Under the pieces are notes generated by a model. That model searched no databases, was not told the origin of the DNA, and saw only the letters and a list, made by a program, of their open reading frames with translations. A program made the translations under genes and the position numbers. A DNA stretch of 64,000 nt from Phoronis australis (taxonomy: Eukaryota; Animalia; Phoronida), in NCBI GenBank assembly GCA_002633005.1, contig NMRA01000090.1:1-64000 (forward strand), given 5' to 3'. Position 1 is the first letter of the stretch. Each line of letters starts with the position of its first letter. This document shows, one piece after another, positions 1 to 12,632 of this stretch.

Positions 1-554
1 TGGTTTGCCAAACACAAACGAAAATACGAGAGTTACGTACTCGACTATCTTATATGAAGCACATGCCAACTATTTATGCGACTCAAGATAGGAATTCTTA
101 TATGGAAGTGAAAGCCGTATATGTGAAGCGAATGGAACGTGGTCTGGTTGTGCTTTAGAGTGTAAGAGTGAGTATATATTCATTGAATGAAATTCCAGGT
201 CAGCTAACGACAAAGACTTTTTAAAATAACACTATTGGAAAACTTGTTATCATTAAATTCTGGCTGCAAGAAATTCTATGATGGTAAAGTAATGTTTTGG
301 TATCTACTTGAAAGATTGACTGTAAATGATAAGAATCGAAGTTTTAGATTGAACCTCTAATTGCCTGTGAGAAAGAATGCTGTTTTTCACCCTTGAGAAT
401 ATCATCCGTTATTCCTGCTTTAACGTAAGCGATTTTTCAAGATGTGCGTGCCTGGTATCGTTGTTAAAGAGGGATTTTTCACATGCTGAAACCCGTGAAT
501 TTCACGATCTCACGATATCTTTGATGGAATGTGCTGTGGGTAGCCCTAATTTGC

Positions 555-3466
555 CCTCCACTTCCAGCTCCTGGTCTCCACTGGCCTCCATTTGCCTCCA
601 CTGCCTTCGGTGGCATCCATTGGCCTCTTGTGGCCTTTGGCGGCCTCTCGTGTTCTCCAGTGGCGACCAGAGGCCTACAGTGGCCCCCAGTAGCCTGCAG
701 TGACCTCCTGTGGTCTCCACTGGCCGCCAGTAGTCTCCAGTGGCCTTAGTGGTGACCTTTGGCCTCCAGTTACCTCCAGTGACTTCCAGTTGTATCCACT
801 GTCCTCCTGTGGTCTTCGATGGCCTCCAGTGACCTCCATGGGTCTCCAGGAGCCTCCAATGTCTTTTAGAGGCACCCGGTGAGCCCTGGTTGTCTGCAGG
901 GGCCTCCAGTGCCTTCCAGTGGCTTCCAGTCTCCTCCAGTGGCCTCCACTATTTTTCCAGTGGGCCCGAGTGGCCTCCACTGATCTCCAGTGGCCTCTAG
1001 TGGCCTGCCTGCGAGATCTCCCGTGGCCTGCAGTTACCTTCAGTGGCCTCCACTGGTCTCTAGTGGATTCAAGTGGACTCAAGTGGCATACAGTGGCCTC
1101 TAATGGCATGTAGTGTCGTCCGGTGGCATTCAGCGGACCCCAGTGTTCCCCAGCGGCCTCCAGTGGCCTCCAGTTGCATCCACTGACCTTCTGTGGCCTC
1201 CGGTTGGCTCCAGTGGCCTCCAATGGCATCCGACGTCCCCCAAAGTACTCCAGTGGCCTTCAGGAGCTACCAGTGGCTTCTTGTGGCATCCACTGGCCTC
1301 CACTGGCCTGTGGTGGCCTCTGGTGAAATGCAGTTGCATCCTGTGACCTCCAATGAGTTTCAGTGGCGTTAAGTGTCCTGCAGTGTCCCCAGTGGCCTAA
1401 AGTGGCCTCCAGTAGTCTCCAGTGGCCTCAAGTAGCCCCCAGTGGTCTCCAGTAGCCTCCAGTGGCCTCAAGTGACCTCCACTGGTCGCCAGTAGCCTCC
1501 AGAGGACTCCGGTGACCTCTGGAGGCCTCCAGTGGCATCCAGCGGCCACCAGAGGGCTCCAGATCCTTCAGTGGCATCCAGCGGTCCCCAGTGGCCTCCA
1601 GTGACCTCCGGTGGCCTCCACTGGCCCTCAGTAGCCTCCAGTAGCCTACCGTGGCTTACGGTGGTCTTCAGTCGCTTCTAGATGACTCCGGTGACCTCTG
1701 GTGGCCTCCAGTGGCATCTAGCCTCCCCTGTCACCTCAAATAGCCTCCAGTGGCCTCCTGTGGCTTCCATTGGCTCCCAGTGGCCTTCACGGGCCTCCAG
1801 TGGCGTCCAGTACTCTCTGATGGCCTCCAGTGACCTTCAGTGTCCTCTTGCGGCCCCCAGTGGCCTCCGGTGACTTGCAAAGGCGTCCAGTGGCCTCCGA
1901 TGTCCTCTGGTGTCCTTCAGTGGCCTCCAGTCGGCATCAGTGGCCTGAACTGACCTCCCGGGCTTTCGCAGGCCTCCACTGGCCACCGGCAGCCTCCAGC
2001 GGCCTAACGTGGCCTCCGGTGGTCTCCGGTGGCCTTCAGTCGCCTTCAGTGGCCTCGGGTGACCTCTGGTGGCCTCCAGTGGGATCCAGTGGCCTCCACT
2101 AACCTCCTGTGGCCTCTAGTTGCCGCAAGTATTATCCAGTGGCCAAACCTGGCCTCCGATGGTCTCCGTTGGCCTTCAGTTGCCTCCAGTGGCCTTCAAG
2201 GGCCTCCAGTGGACTCTAGTGGCATCCAGCGGCCTCCGGTGTCTTCCAGTGACATCCAGTGGCCTTCAACGTCCTCCAGTGTCCACCCGTGGCCTCCAGT
2301 GGCCCCCAGTGTCCTCCAGCGACCCTCAGTAGTCTCCAGTGTCCTCCAGTGACCTCCTTTTGACTCCACTGGCAGCCAGTAGCCTCCAATGCCCTAACGT
2401 GGCCTTCGGTGGTCTCCGGTGGCCTCCAGTGAACTCCAGTGGCTCCAAGTGGCCTTCAGTGGCATCCAACGGCTCCCAGTGGTCTCCAGCGGCCTTCAGT
2501 GGCCTCAAGTGGCATCCACAGACCTCGTGTGGTCTCCGGTGTCCTCCAGTGGCCTCCAGTGACCTCCAATGAACACGAGCGGCCTCCAGGGCTCTCCAGT
2601 GGCCTCTAGTGGTCTCCACGGACCTCCTGTGGCCTCCGTTGACCTTTGGTCAGTGGCCTCCTATTGTATCCATCGGCCAACAGTGGCTTCCAATAGCCTC
2701 CAGTGGCTTCCAATCGCCTCCGCTGGCTTCCAGCGACACCCAGCGGCCTCCAGTGGCCTCCACTGACCTCCTGTGGCCTCTGGTGACCTCCACTGGCAGC
2801 TAGTATCCTCCAGTGGCCTAATGTGGCCTCCAGTGGTCTCTGATGGCCTTCAGTCGCCTCCAGTGGCCTCCACACGCCTTCCGTGAACTTAAGGGCCACC
2901 AGTGGCCTCCAAAGGCCACCAGAGACGTCCTTTGGCATAGCGTGGCCTTCAAGGGCATCCAATGGCCTCCAACGGCCCCCAGTGGCCCTCATTGACTTTC
3001 AGTGGCGTCCAGTGTCCCCCAGTGGCTTGTAGTGGCCCCCAGTGGCCTCCAGCGGCCTCTAGCGACCCCCAGTAGCCTCCAGTGGCCTAACGTGGCCTCC
3101 GGTAGCCTCCGGGGCCTCCAGCGGCCTCCAGCGGCCCGCAGAGTCCTCCAGTGACCTCCAGTGGCCTCAAGTGGCCTCCAGTGACCTCCAATGGACTCGA
3201 GTGGCCTCCACCGGCCTCCAGTGGCCTCTAGTAGACTTCAGTGACATCCAGTGGCCCCCAGTGGCCTCCCACGGCCTCTGGTGGCCTTCAGTGGCCTCCA
3301 GTTGGCTTCAGTGGCCTCCACTGACCTCCTGGGCGTTCGCGGGCCTCCACTAGCCACCGGTAGCCTCCAGTGGCCTAACGTGGCCTCCGGTGGTCTCCGG
3401 TGGCCTTCAGGGGCCTCCAGTGGCATCCACTGACCTCCTGTGGCCTTCAGTGGCCTCCGGTGGCCT
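555..3466 (+). repeat. 10-bp satellite, monomer A (CCAGTGGCCT)n
   Basis: Continuous degenerate tandem repeats such as ggcctccagtggcctccagt. The first ~80 bp resemble the CCACTGGCCT variant. Confidence 0.95.
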
Positions 3467-6400
3467 AGAGTGAATTGAGGCCAATGGAGGCAAGGGGAGT
3501 CAAGTGGGAGGAAATTGAGTAGATTAGAGGCCATTGGAGGCCAGTGGTTGCCTTTGAAGGCCAATGGAAAGTATTGGAATCCAGTGGTTACCAATGGAGC
3601 GGCGTGGAGGCCACTGGAGGATAGTGGAGGTCAGTGGAGACCCGTGGAGGCAAGGGTATTCAAATAAAGCCGAATACAGGCCTTTAGACACAAGTGGAGG
3701 CCAGCGAAGACCACTGGAGGCGAGTTCTAGGTAGTGGAGGCCCGTGGAGGCAAGTGGACAGTGGAGGATAGTAGAGGTCAGGGGAGGCCAGTGGCGGTCA
3801 AAGGCGGCAAGAGGAAGCCAGTGGAAAGCAAAGGAGACTAGTGGAGGCGAGTGGGAGGGAGTGGATGTCAATGGATGCCAGTGGAGGCAATTGGAGGCCA
3901 TTAGAGATACGTGGAGGCCAGTGGAGACCCTTCGAGGGCAAACCACAGTGGATGTCTGGTTAAGCGCGTGGAGGCGAGTACAGGCCAGTGGAAACCTTGG
4001 AGGGCAGGGAAGTTTTCTGAAGGCCCGTGGAGGCCCCTGGAGGCCCGTGGAGGCCAAGGGAGGACAGTGGCGGCCAGTGGAGGTTAGAAGAGACCAGTGG
4101 AGGCCTCTGGAATCCGGTGGAGGCCAGTGGAGATAATTGAAATCCAGTGCAGGCCTGTGAAGGCCTTTGGAGGGCAGTGAATGTCACTGAAGTCCCGTAG
4201 AGGCCAGTGTAGGCCAGTGCATGACAATGGTTGCCTGTGGAGGCCAGTGGAAAGTAGTGGAACCCAGTGGTTACCAATGGAGCGGCGTGGAGGCCACTGG
4301 AGGCTTGTGGAGGTCAGTGGAGGCCCGTGGAGGCAAGTGTATTCAAAGAGAGCTGAATAGAGGACATAAGAGACAAGTGGAGGCCAGCGAAGGCAAGTGG
4401 AGGCGAGTTCAGGCCAGTGGAGGCCCGTGGAGGCGAGTTGAGGACATTGAAGGCCAGTAGAGGTCAGGTGAGGCCAGCGGTGGTCTAAGGCGGCAAGTGG
4501 CACTCAGTGGAAAGCAAAGGAGTACAGGTGAGTGGAGTTGAGTGGAGGTGTGTGGGAGAGAGTGGGTGTCAATGGATGCCAGTGGAGGCAATTGGAGGTG
4601 AGTGGAAGTTAGTGGATACAATTGGAGGCCACTGGAGGTCATTCGGGGACAGTGGAAGCCAATAGAGGCCACTGCAGGCCAGTGAAAGCGACTGGAGACC
4701 AATTCAGGCCAATGGAAGCCAAAGATGGCCAGTGGAAACCAGTGGATGCCAAAAGAGGCTAATGGAGGCAAGTGGAGGAGAGTAGAGGTAAGTGGATTGG
4801 AAAGTGGATGCCATTAGAGGAAAGTGAAGGCCATTAGAAGCACGTCGAGGCCATTCAAGGCCAGTGAAGGCCAGCGGAGGCAATTGGAGGCCCGTGGAAG
4901 CCAGTGAAGATCAGTGAAGGCCCGAGGACAGTGGAGGCCAGTAGATGCCAGAGGAGGCTAGTTGAGGCAAGTGGAGGAGAGTAGAGGTGAGTGGAGGAGA
5001 GGGGATGCCAGTAGAGACCATTCGAGGGAAGTGGAGGCCAGTGGAGAAAAGTGGATGATTGTGTAGGCCAGTGGAGGCAAATGTAAGCAAGTGTGGAAGC
5101 GAGTGGAGGCAAGTGGAGGTGAATGGAGGCAATTGGAGAACAATTAAGGCCTTTTTAGGCCATTGGAGTCCACTTGTGCCCAGTGGAGGCCAATGGAAGC
5201 CCTGCAGACTACTGAAAGCCACTGCAGTCTAGTTGAGGCCAGTGGATGTTAGAGGAGGCCAAAGGAGGCCAGTGGAGTCCAGTGGATGCCAAAGTAGGCT
5301 GGTGGAAGCGAGCGGAGGAAATTAGAGTTGAGGGAAGGAGAGTGGGTGCCATTAGAGGCCAGTGGAGTTCTTTAGAGGCATGTGGAGGCCATTCGAGGGC
5401 ACTGGAGACCATTCGAGGGCAATGGAAGCCAGTGGATGTCATTGCAGTTGATTAGAGGCCAGTGGAGGCAAGTGGAGGCCAGTGAAGGCCAGCGGAGGCA
5501 ATTGGGGGCCAGTGGACACTAGTGGAGGCCATTGGAGTTCTGTTAGGGCCAGAGGATATTGGAGGCCAGAGGAGACCACAAGAGGGCAATGAAGGCCACT
5601 GAAGGCCCGTGGAGGCGAGTAGAGGAAAATGGATGCCAGAAACGCTAGTGGAGGCAATTGGAGACCAGTGGAAGACAGTGGAGGCCTGTGTAGGCGCGTG
5701 GAGGCGAGAGGAGGACATTGGAGGTACGTAGAGGCTAATGGAGGCTTTTAGAGGCCATTGGAGACGGGTGGAGGGCAGTATATGCCACTGTAGGCCTGAG
5801 GAGGCCAGTGGAAGACAGTGGAGTCTAATAGAGACCAGTGGAAGCCATTGGAAGCCATTGGAAGCCATTGGAAGCCAGTGGAGGAAATTGGAATCCGGTG
5901 GAGCTCTGTGGAGGCTAGTGGAGGCTTTTGGAGGGCAGAGAATGCCACTGAAATCCCGTAGAGGCCAGTGCAGAACAGTACAGGCTAGTAGAAACCAGGG
6001 GAGGCAATTCGAGGCCAATTGAGGCATCTGGAGGCCATTGAAGGCGAGTGAAGGACATTGGAGGGGAGTGGAGGTTACTAAAGTACAGTTAAGGACATTG
6101 GAAGTCAGTGGAGGTCTGTGGAGGTCATTGGAGCAAGTAGGGGACATTGGATGTCGGTTGAGGAGAGTGGATTCCAGTCAGGCAAGTGGAGGATTTTGGA
6201 GGCGATTACAGGCCATTGGAAACCTTTGGAGGCCATTGGAGGTCTTTGAAGGCCATTGGAGACCTTTGGAGGCCATTCGAGATTGGCGGAGGACAGTGCA
6301 GAACACTGAAGGTCAGAAGAGGAAAGTGGAGAGCGGTGGAAGCAATTGGAAGCCAGTGAATGCCTGTGGAGGCGAGTGGAGGCCATTCGAGGATATTGGA

Positions 6401-9400
6401 GGTCAGTAAGGGAGGTTGGAGGAAAGTGGAAGCCAGCGGAGAGCAGCGGTGGCCAGTGAAGGATCGGGGAGGCCAGTGGAGGCTAGTGGAGGCAATTGAA
6501 GACGAGTGGAGGACCTAAAAAGCAGGTGGATGCCACTGGAGGCCATTCAGAGGCCATTGAAGGCCGGTTGAGGAAAAAGGAGGCCAGTGAAGGCCATCGG
6601 AGGTACGTGGAGGCCAGTGTAAACCAGTCGAGGGTAGTGGAGCTCAGTAGAAGCAAGTGGATGCCTGTGTAGGCCATTGGAGGTGAATGGAAGCGAGTGT
6701 GGAGACGAGTGGAGGCAATTTGAGAAAATTGGAGGCCATTTCAGGCCATTTGAGACCAGTTGAGCCCAGTGGATGCCAGCGGAGGCCGGAGGAGGCCAGG
6801 GGAAGGCAGTGGAGGCGAGTACCGGCCAGTGGAGACTCGTGAAGACCAGTAGAGGACGATGGAGGTCAGTGGAGGCCAGTGGCGGTCAAAGGCGGAAAGT
6901 GGAAGCCAGTGCAAGCTAAAGGAGGGTAGCGCACGCGAGTGGAGGCGAGTGGGGGCGAGTGGAGGCGAGTGGAGGCATGTGGGTGAGATTGGATGTCAAT
7001 GGAGGCCAGTGGATTGAGTGGAGACCATTAGAGACAAGTGGACGCCAGTGAAGACTATCCGAGGGCAGTGGAGAACAGTGGAGGCCAGTGGAGGACTTTG
7101 GAGGCGAATACAGGCCACTAGAGGCCATTTGATGCCGGTGGAAGAGAGTGAGGCCAGTGAAAGCCAGTGGAGTTCAGTGAAGGCCACTGAAGCCCCGTGG
7201 AGGCGAGTAGAGGTCAATGGAAGCCAGAAAGGCCAGTGGAGGCAAGTGGAGGCCAGTGTAGGACAGTGGAGGCCGGTGGAGGCCAGTGTATTTCAGAAGA
7301 CGCCAATGGAGGCCAGTGGAGGCAAGTGGATGCCTCTGTAGGCGCTTGGAGGCGAGTAGATACCAGTGGAGGCCAATAGAGAAAAGTGGAGACCACTGGA
7401 AGGCATTGAAATCCATTGAATGCCTGCTGAGGCAGTGGAGGCTAGTGGAGGACAGTGGAGGCTAGTTGAGACCATTGGAGATGATTGGAAGCCATAGGAG
7501 GTCAGTGGAGGCAAATGGAAGCCAGTCCGGGACTCTGGAGGCCAGTGGAGGCCATTGGAGGGCAGTGAATGCCACTGAAGTCCCGTGGAAGACAGTAGAG
7601 ACCAATGGAGGACAATGGAGTTCAGTGGAGTCTATTAAAACCATTGGAGGCCATTAGAAGATGATGGATGCCTGTGTAGGTGCGTGAAGGCAAGTGGAGG
7701 CCGTTGGAGACGAGTAGAGGCCAGTGGAAACCATTAGAGGCCATTGTAGACCACTGGAGGGCAGTGGATGCCACTGAAATCCCGTGGAAGCCAGTGGAGG
7801 CTTGTGGAGACCAGTGGAGTCTTGTGCAGGAAACTGGAGGTCAGAGGATGCCACAGGCCAGTGGAGGCCACTGGAGGCGGAGGCAATTAGAGACAGCGGA
7901 AGCATTGGATGCAAGTAGAGGCCACTGGAGGCGATTAGAGGCCAGCGGAGTCAGGTGGCGGCAAATGGACTGTATTGGAGGTCATTAAAGACAATTGGAG
8001 GTCAGCGGATGCCAGTGGAGGCCCGTGGAAAACAATGGTGTCCAGTGGTGGCTTTGGAGCGCCGTGGACGCCACTGGAGGACAGTGGAGATCAGTGGATG
8101 CCTGTGGAAGCCATTGAAGGCCCGTCGAGCCAAGTGTATTTATTTGGAGCCGAATAGATTCCATTAGAAGCAAGAAGAGACCAGAAAATGCCAGTGCAGG
8201 CGAGTATAGGCCAGTGGTGTCCCGTGGATTCCAGTAGAGGACAGTAGAAGCCAATGGAGGGGAACCTAGGCCAGTGGAGGCGAGTGGAGCACAGTGGAAG
8301 CCAGTGAAGTCCAGTGGATGCCAGTGGAGGCCTTTGGTGGCCAAAGGCGGCAAGTGGACGCCTGTGGATGCCAAAGGAGGCTAGTGGAGTGGTGTGAGGT
8401 AGAGTGGATGCCATTGAAGGCCAGTGGGGGCGAGTAGAGGTGAGTGAGGGAAAGTGAATGCCATTAGAAGTCAGCGGGGGCCTTGAGGGGCCATTCGAGG
8501 GCAGTGGAGGCCATGGGATGTCTGTGTAGGCGACTGGAGGCCATCAGAGTGGAGTACAGGTAACTGGAGGCCAGTGAAGACCTTGGAGACACGTGGGGAC
8601 GTGAAGGGCAGTGGAAACCTTTGAGGCCCGAGGACAGTGGAGGCCAGTGGAAGCCGCTGGAGGGCAGTGAAGGCCACTGAAGGCCCGTGGAGGCCAGTGG
8701 ATGCCAGAAACGCAGGTGGAGGCGAGTGGGGGGCAGTGGAGACGAGCAGAAGCCAATACATGACAGAAACGTCAGTGGAGGGCAGTAGAGGCCAGTGGAG
8801 GCCAGTGGATGTAAGAAGACGCCAGTGGAGGCCAGAGGAGACCAGTGGAGGCCAGTGGAAATCAGTGGAGGCCAGTGGAGACCACTGGAGACCAGTGAAG
8901 GTCCGAAGACAGTGGAGACCAATGGAGGCCAGTGGAGACCAGTGGAGGCCACTGGAGGGCAGTGAAGGCCATTGAAGGTCTGTGGATGCCAATGGAGGCG
9001 AGTGGAGGAAAGTGCAGGCGAGTGGAGGCCAATGCAGCCCATTGGAATCCGGAGGAGAACAGTGGAATTCAGTAGAGGCCACTGGAGGCTAGTGAGGCTA
9101 TTAGAGGGAAGTGGAGACTAGTGGAGGTTATTTGAGGCCAATGGAGGCGAGCGGAAGTGAGTGAAGGCCACTGATGACCCGTGGATGTCAGTGGAAGCGC
9201 GTGAAGGCCAGTGGAAGCCTGAGGAGGTAGGGGAAGTAAGCGGATGCTAATGAAAGCTAGTGGAGGCATGTGGAGGCAAGTGGAGGCGAACAGACGCCAG
9301 TGGTGGTTAGTGGAGGTCATTGGAGACAACTGGAGGCTATTGGAGGCGAGTAGACGTGAATGGAGGAGAGTGGGTGCCATTAGAGACAAGTGGAGGCCAG

Positions 9401-12084
9401 TGGAGGGCATTCGAGGGCAGAGGAGTCCAGTGGATTCCTGTGTAGGCGAGTGGAACCATTGGAGGCAACTAGAGCCCGGTGTAGGCCAGTGAAGACATGC
9501 AGAGTCAAGTGGGGACCAATGAAGACCTGTAGAGGGCAGTAGAAAATGGTGAAGGCCCGAGGATAGTGGAGGACATTGGAGGCCAGTGGAGGGCAATGAA
9601 GGCCACTGAAGGCCCGTGGAGGCTAGTGGAGGCGACTAGAGGCCAGTGGATGCCAGAAACGCCCGCGGAGGCCAGTGGAGGCTGGTAGAGGCAAGTGGAG
9701 GCCAGTGGAGGACAGTGGATGCCAGTGGAGGCCTGTGGAGGCCAATGGAAGCCAGTGGAGGCCAGTGGAGGGCAGAGGACAACGGAGGCAACTAGAGGGC
9801 AGTGAAGGTCACTGAAGGCCCGTGGAGGCAAGGGGAGGAGAGTTGAAGCCAGTGGATGGCAGAAAACGCCAGTGGAAGCCAGTAGAAGGCAGAGGAGTCC
9901 AGTGGAAGCCAGTGGATGCAAATGGAGGCGAGCGGGATCGAGTGGAGGCCAATGGAGGCAAGTGGAGGCCATTGAAAATAAGTGGAGGTGAGTGTGGAGG
10001 CGAGTGGAGGCAATCGGAGCTGAATGCAGGCCATTGGAGAAAAGTGGAGGCCATTATAGGCGATTGGAGGCCATTCGACGGCAGGGGAAGCCAATGAAAA
10101 CCACTACAGGCCCGTGAAAGCCTTTGGGGCCAGTTGAGGCCAGAGGAGGCTAATGGAGGCCCGCGGTGGCGAGTGGAGGCCACTGGAAGCCGGAGGAGGC
10201 CACTGGAGGCGAGGGGAGGCTAGTGGAGGCATGCAGAGGTAGGTAAAGGCCATTGGAGTCCAGCGGAGGCCAGCAGAGGCCGGTGGCGGAGAGTGGAGAC
10301 CGGTTGATGCCAGCAGACGCCAGTGGAGGCAAGTGGAGACTAGTGGAGAACAGTGAGGTACCGTGGAGGCCAGGGGAGGGGAGTAGAGGCCAGTGGATGC
10401 TAGTAGACGCCAGTGGATGCCAGTGGCAGGTAGAGGGGGCCAGTGGAAATCAGTGGATTCTAATGGAGGCGAGCAAAGGCGAGTGGAGGAAAGTGAAGAA
10501 CATTGGAGGCCATTCGATACCACTGGAAGCCAAGGGCTGCCACTGCACGCTCGTGAAAGCCACATGAGGCCAGTTACGGCCAGTGGAGTCCTTTGGGTGC
10601 CCGTGGTGACAAGCGGAGGCCATTGGAGGCAACTGGAAGCCAAAGGAGACCAGTGGAGGCTAGTGCAGGCAAATGGACGCGACTGGAAGCTATTAGAGGC
10701 AGGTGGAGAGCAGTGGAGGCCATTCGAGGCCAATGGAGGCCAGTGGATGCCAGTGGAGGCCACTGGAGGCGAGAGACGGCCACTGAAGGCCGGTGGAGGC
10801 CAGTGAATGCCCATGGAGGCCAGTGGAGTTCAGTAGAGGCCAGTGGATGCCCATGGAGGCCAGTGGAGTTCAGTGGAGGCCAGTGGAAGCTAGTGGAGGC
10901 CAGTGGAAGCCAGTGGATGCCAATGGAAGCTAGTAGGGGAGAGTGCAGGCAAGTGGAGCCAAGTGGGAGTTAGTGGAGGTCAATTGGAGACCAGTAGAGG
11001 CGAATGGATACCCATGGAGGCCATTGGAGGTCAGTGAAGGTCATTGGATGCAAGTGAAGGTCACGGGAATCTAGTGGATGCCACTGAGGCTAGTGAAAGC
11101 CACTAGAGGCCAGTGGTGGCAAGTGGAGGCCATTGGGGGCCAGTGAAGGTAGTGGAAGCCAGAGGAGACCAGTGGAATCCAGTGGAAGACAATGGAGGCT
11201 AGCGAGAAGAGGCAAGGGGGGGTAACTGGAGGCCATTGGAGTTAAGTGGAGGCCCTTGAAGACAATTGGAGTTGACTGGAGGTCATTGAAGACAATATGA
11301 GGCCAGTGGAGGCTGCTGGAGGCCACTGATGGTCATTGAGAGCCACCGGAGGTCAGTGGATGTCCGTGGAGGCCAGTAGAGGCCGGTGGAGGTCAGTGGA
11401 CGATATTGAAGGCCATTGGAGGAACCGTGGAGACGAGGAAAGGCGATTGGACGCCAGTGGAGGCTGGTGGATGCAAAGTGGAGGCCATTCAAACCAGTGG
11501 AGACCCCTGGAAGCAAGTGAAGGCCACTAGACGCCAGTGGAAGCCAATGGAGGCCAGTGCAAGCCATTGGTGTCCACCGATAGCCAGTGGAGGCCAGTGT
11601 AGGTCAGTGGATGCCAGTGGTGGACAATGAAGGCCCGTGGAGGCCAGTGGTGGGTCGTCGATTGCATTAGAGGCACGTGGAGGCCAGTGGAAGACAGTGT
11701 AGTCCAGCGGAGACCACTGTAGGCCAATGAAAGCCAATGGAAGCCATTCGAGACAGTGGAGGCCAGTGGAGCCCACTAGAGGATAGTGGAGGTCTTTGGA
11801 GGCCAGTTTTGGCTGCACTTGGATGGCACTGGAGGCTAGAAGAGGCCAGTGGAGCCCAGTAAAACAACTGTCGGCCAGTGGAGGCCAATGGAGGTCCATG
11901 GAGACTAGTGCAGGCCAGCTGAGGACAGTGGAAGCCAGCGGAGGGCAGTGGAGGCAGGCCGGTGGAGGGGCGTGGAGGTCATCACAGGCAATTGGAGGCT
12001 AGTGGAAGCCATTCAACGCCAGTGGAGGCCAATGGTGGCAAGTAGAGGCGAGTGGAGGCCATTGGAGACTAGTGGAGGCGAGTG
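3467..12084 (+). repeat. 10-bp satellite, monomer B (CCAGTGGAGG)n
   Basis: Continuous degenerate ggaggccagt repeats over ~8.6 kb. The monomer equals the reverse complement of monomer A with one C>G change. Confidence 0.95.
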
Positions 12085-12537
12085 TTCATACGTGTTTTTG
12101 AATGAGAAAAGCCGAGTTTTTAGCCGTGGCCCACTTTGTCTGTAAGCTGATGGCTGTCGTTTGCTTAGAACTCCTGTCGCCTGCTGACTGATGAAACGGG
12201 TGCGATTTCAGGTAGCTGATAGACAGATCGAAACTTCCAAAAATGTAGCTGCTAAAGCGTATATGACCACATTTTTAGAATCTAGAGAGAACGAGCATTA
12301 TGAATCTGTTGTCAGATTTTTTTCTAGCACTTGCAGGCAAGTAGTAAATTTGGGGAGCAACTTGTCAAATTTGGCGTTTCTTGGTCCTTGTTTTATGCGC
12401 CGGTAGAGTTTAAATATAGGTCGTGTAACAAGTTTGGTGGGAGGTTTGAGGGGTTTATTGAAAGAAATCGTCATGAAACTGATTCACGTGTTTTTTGAAT
12501 GAGAAAAGCCAGGTTTTTTTTAGCCGTGGCCCACTTT
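12085..12537. repeat. ~50-bp direct repeats bracketing a ~350-bp unique spacer at the satellite edge
   Basis: cgtgttttt(t)gaatgagaaaagcc...tttttagccgtggcccacttt at ~12085-12137 and ~12483-12537. Confidence 0.85.
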
Positions 12538-12632
12538 CCGCTCGCCTCCTGGAGCCTTTACTCGCATCTACTGGCCTCTACTCGCGTCCACTGGCTTCCG
12601 GTGGCCTTTTCTCGCCTCCACCGGCCTCTACT
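12538..12632 (-). repeat. short block of satellite B in inverted orientation
   Basis: ctcgcctcc/ctggcctcta units, the reverse complement of the gtggaggcgag units at the end of the main array. Confidence 0.8.

Noticed and set aside
555-12084. CRISPR-like or telomeric array
   Set aside because: There are no unique spacers between constant repeats, the context is eukaryotic, and the monomer is not a TTAGG(G)-type repeat.
377-12145. More than 100 overlapping ORFs (VEASGGQWRP / PPLASTGLHW repeats)
   Set aside because: Three 10-bp monomers give a stop-free 10-aa period in all frames on both strands. These are satellite translation artefacts.
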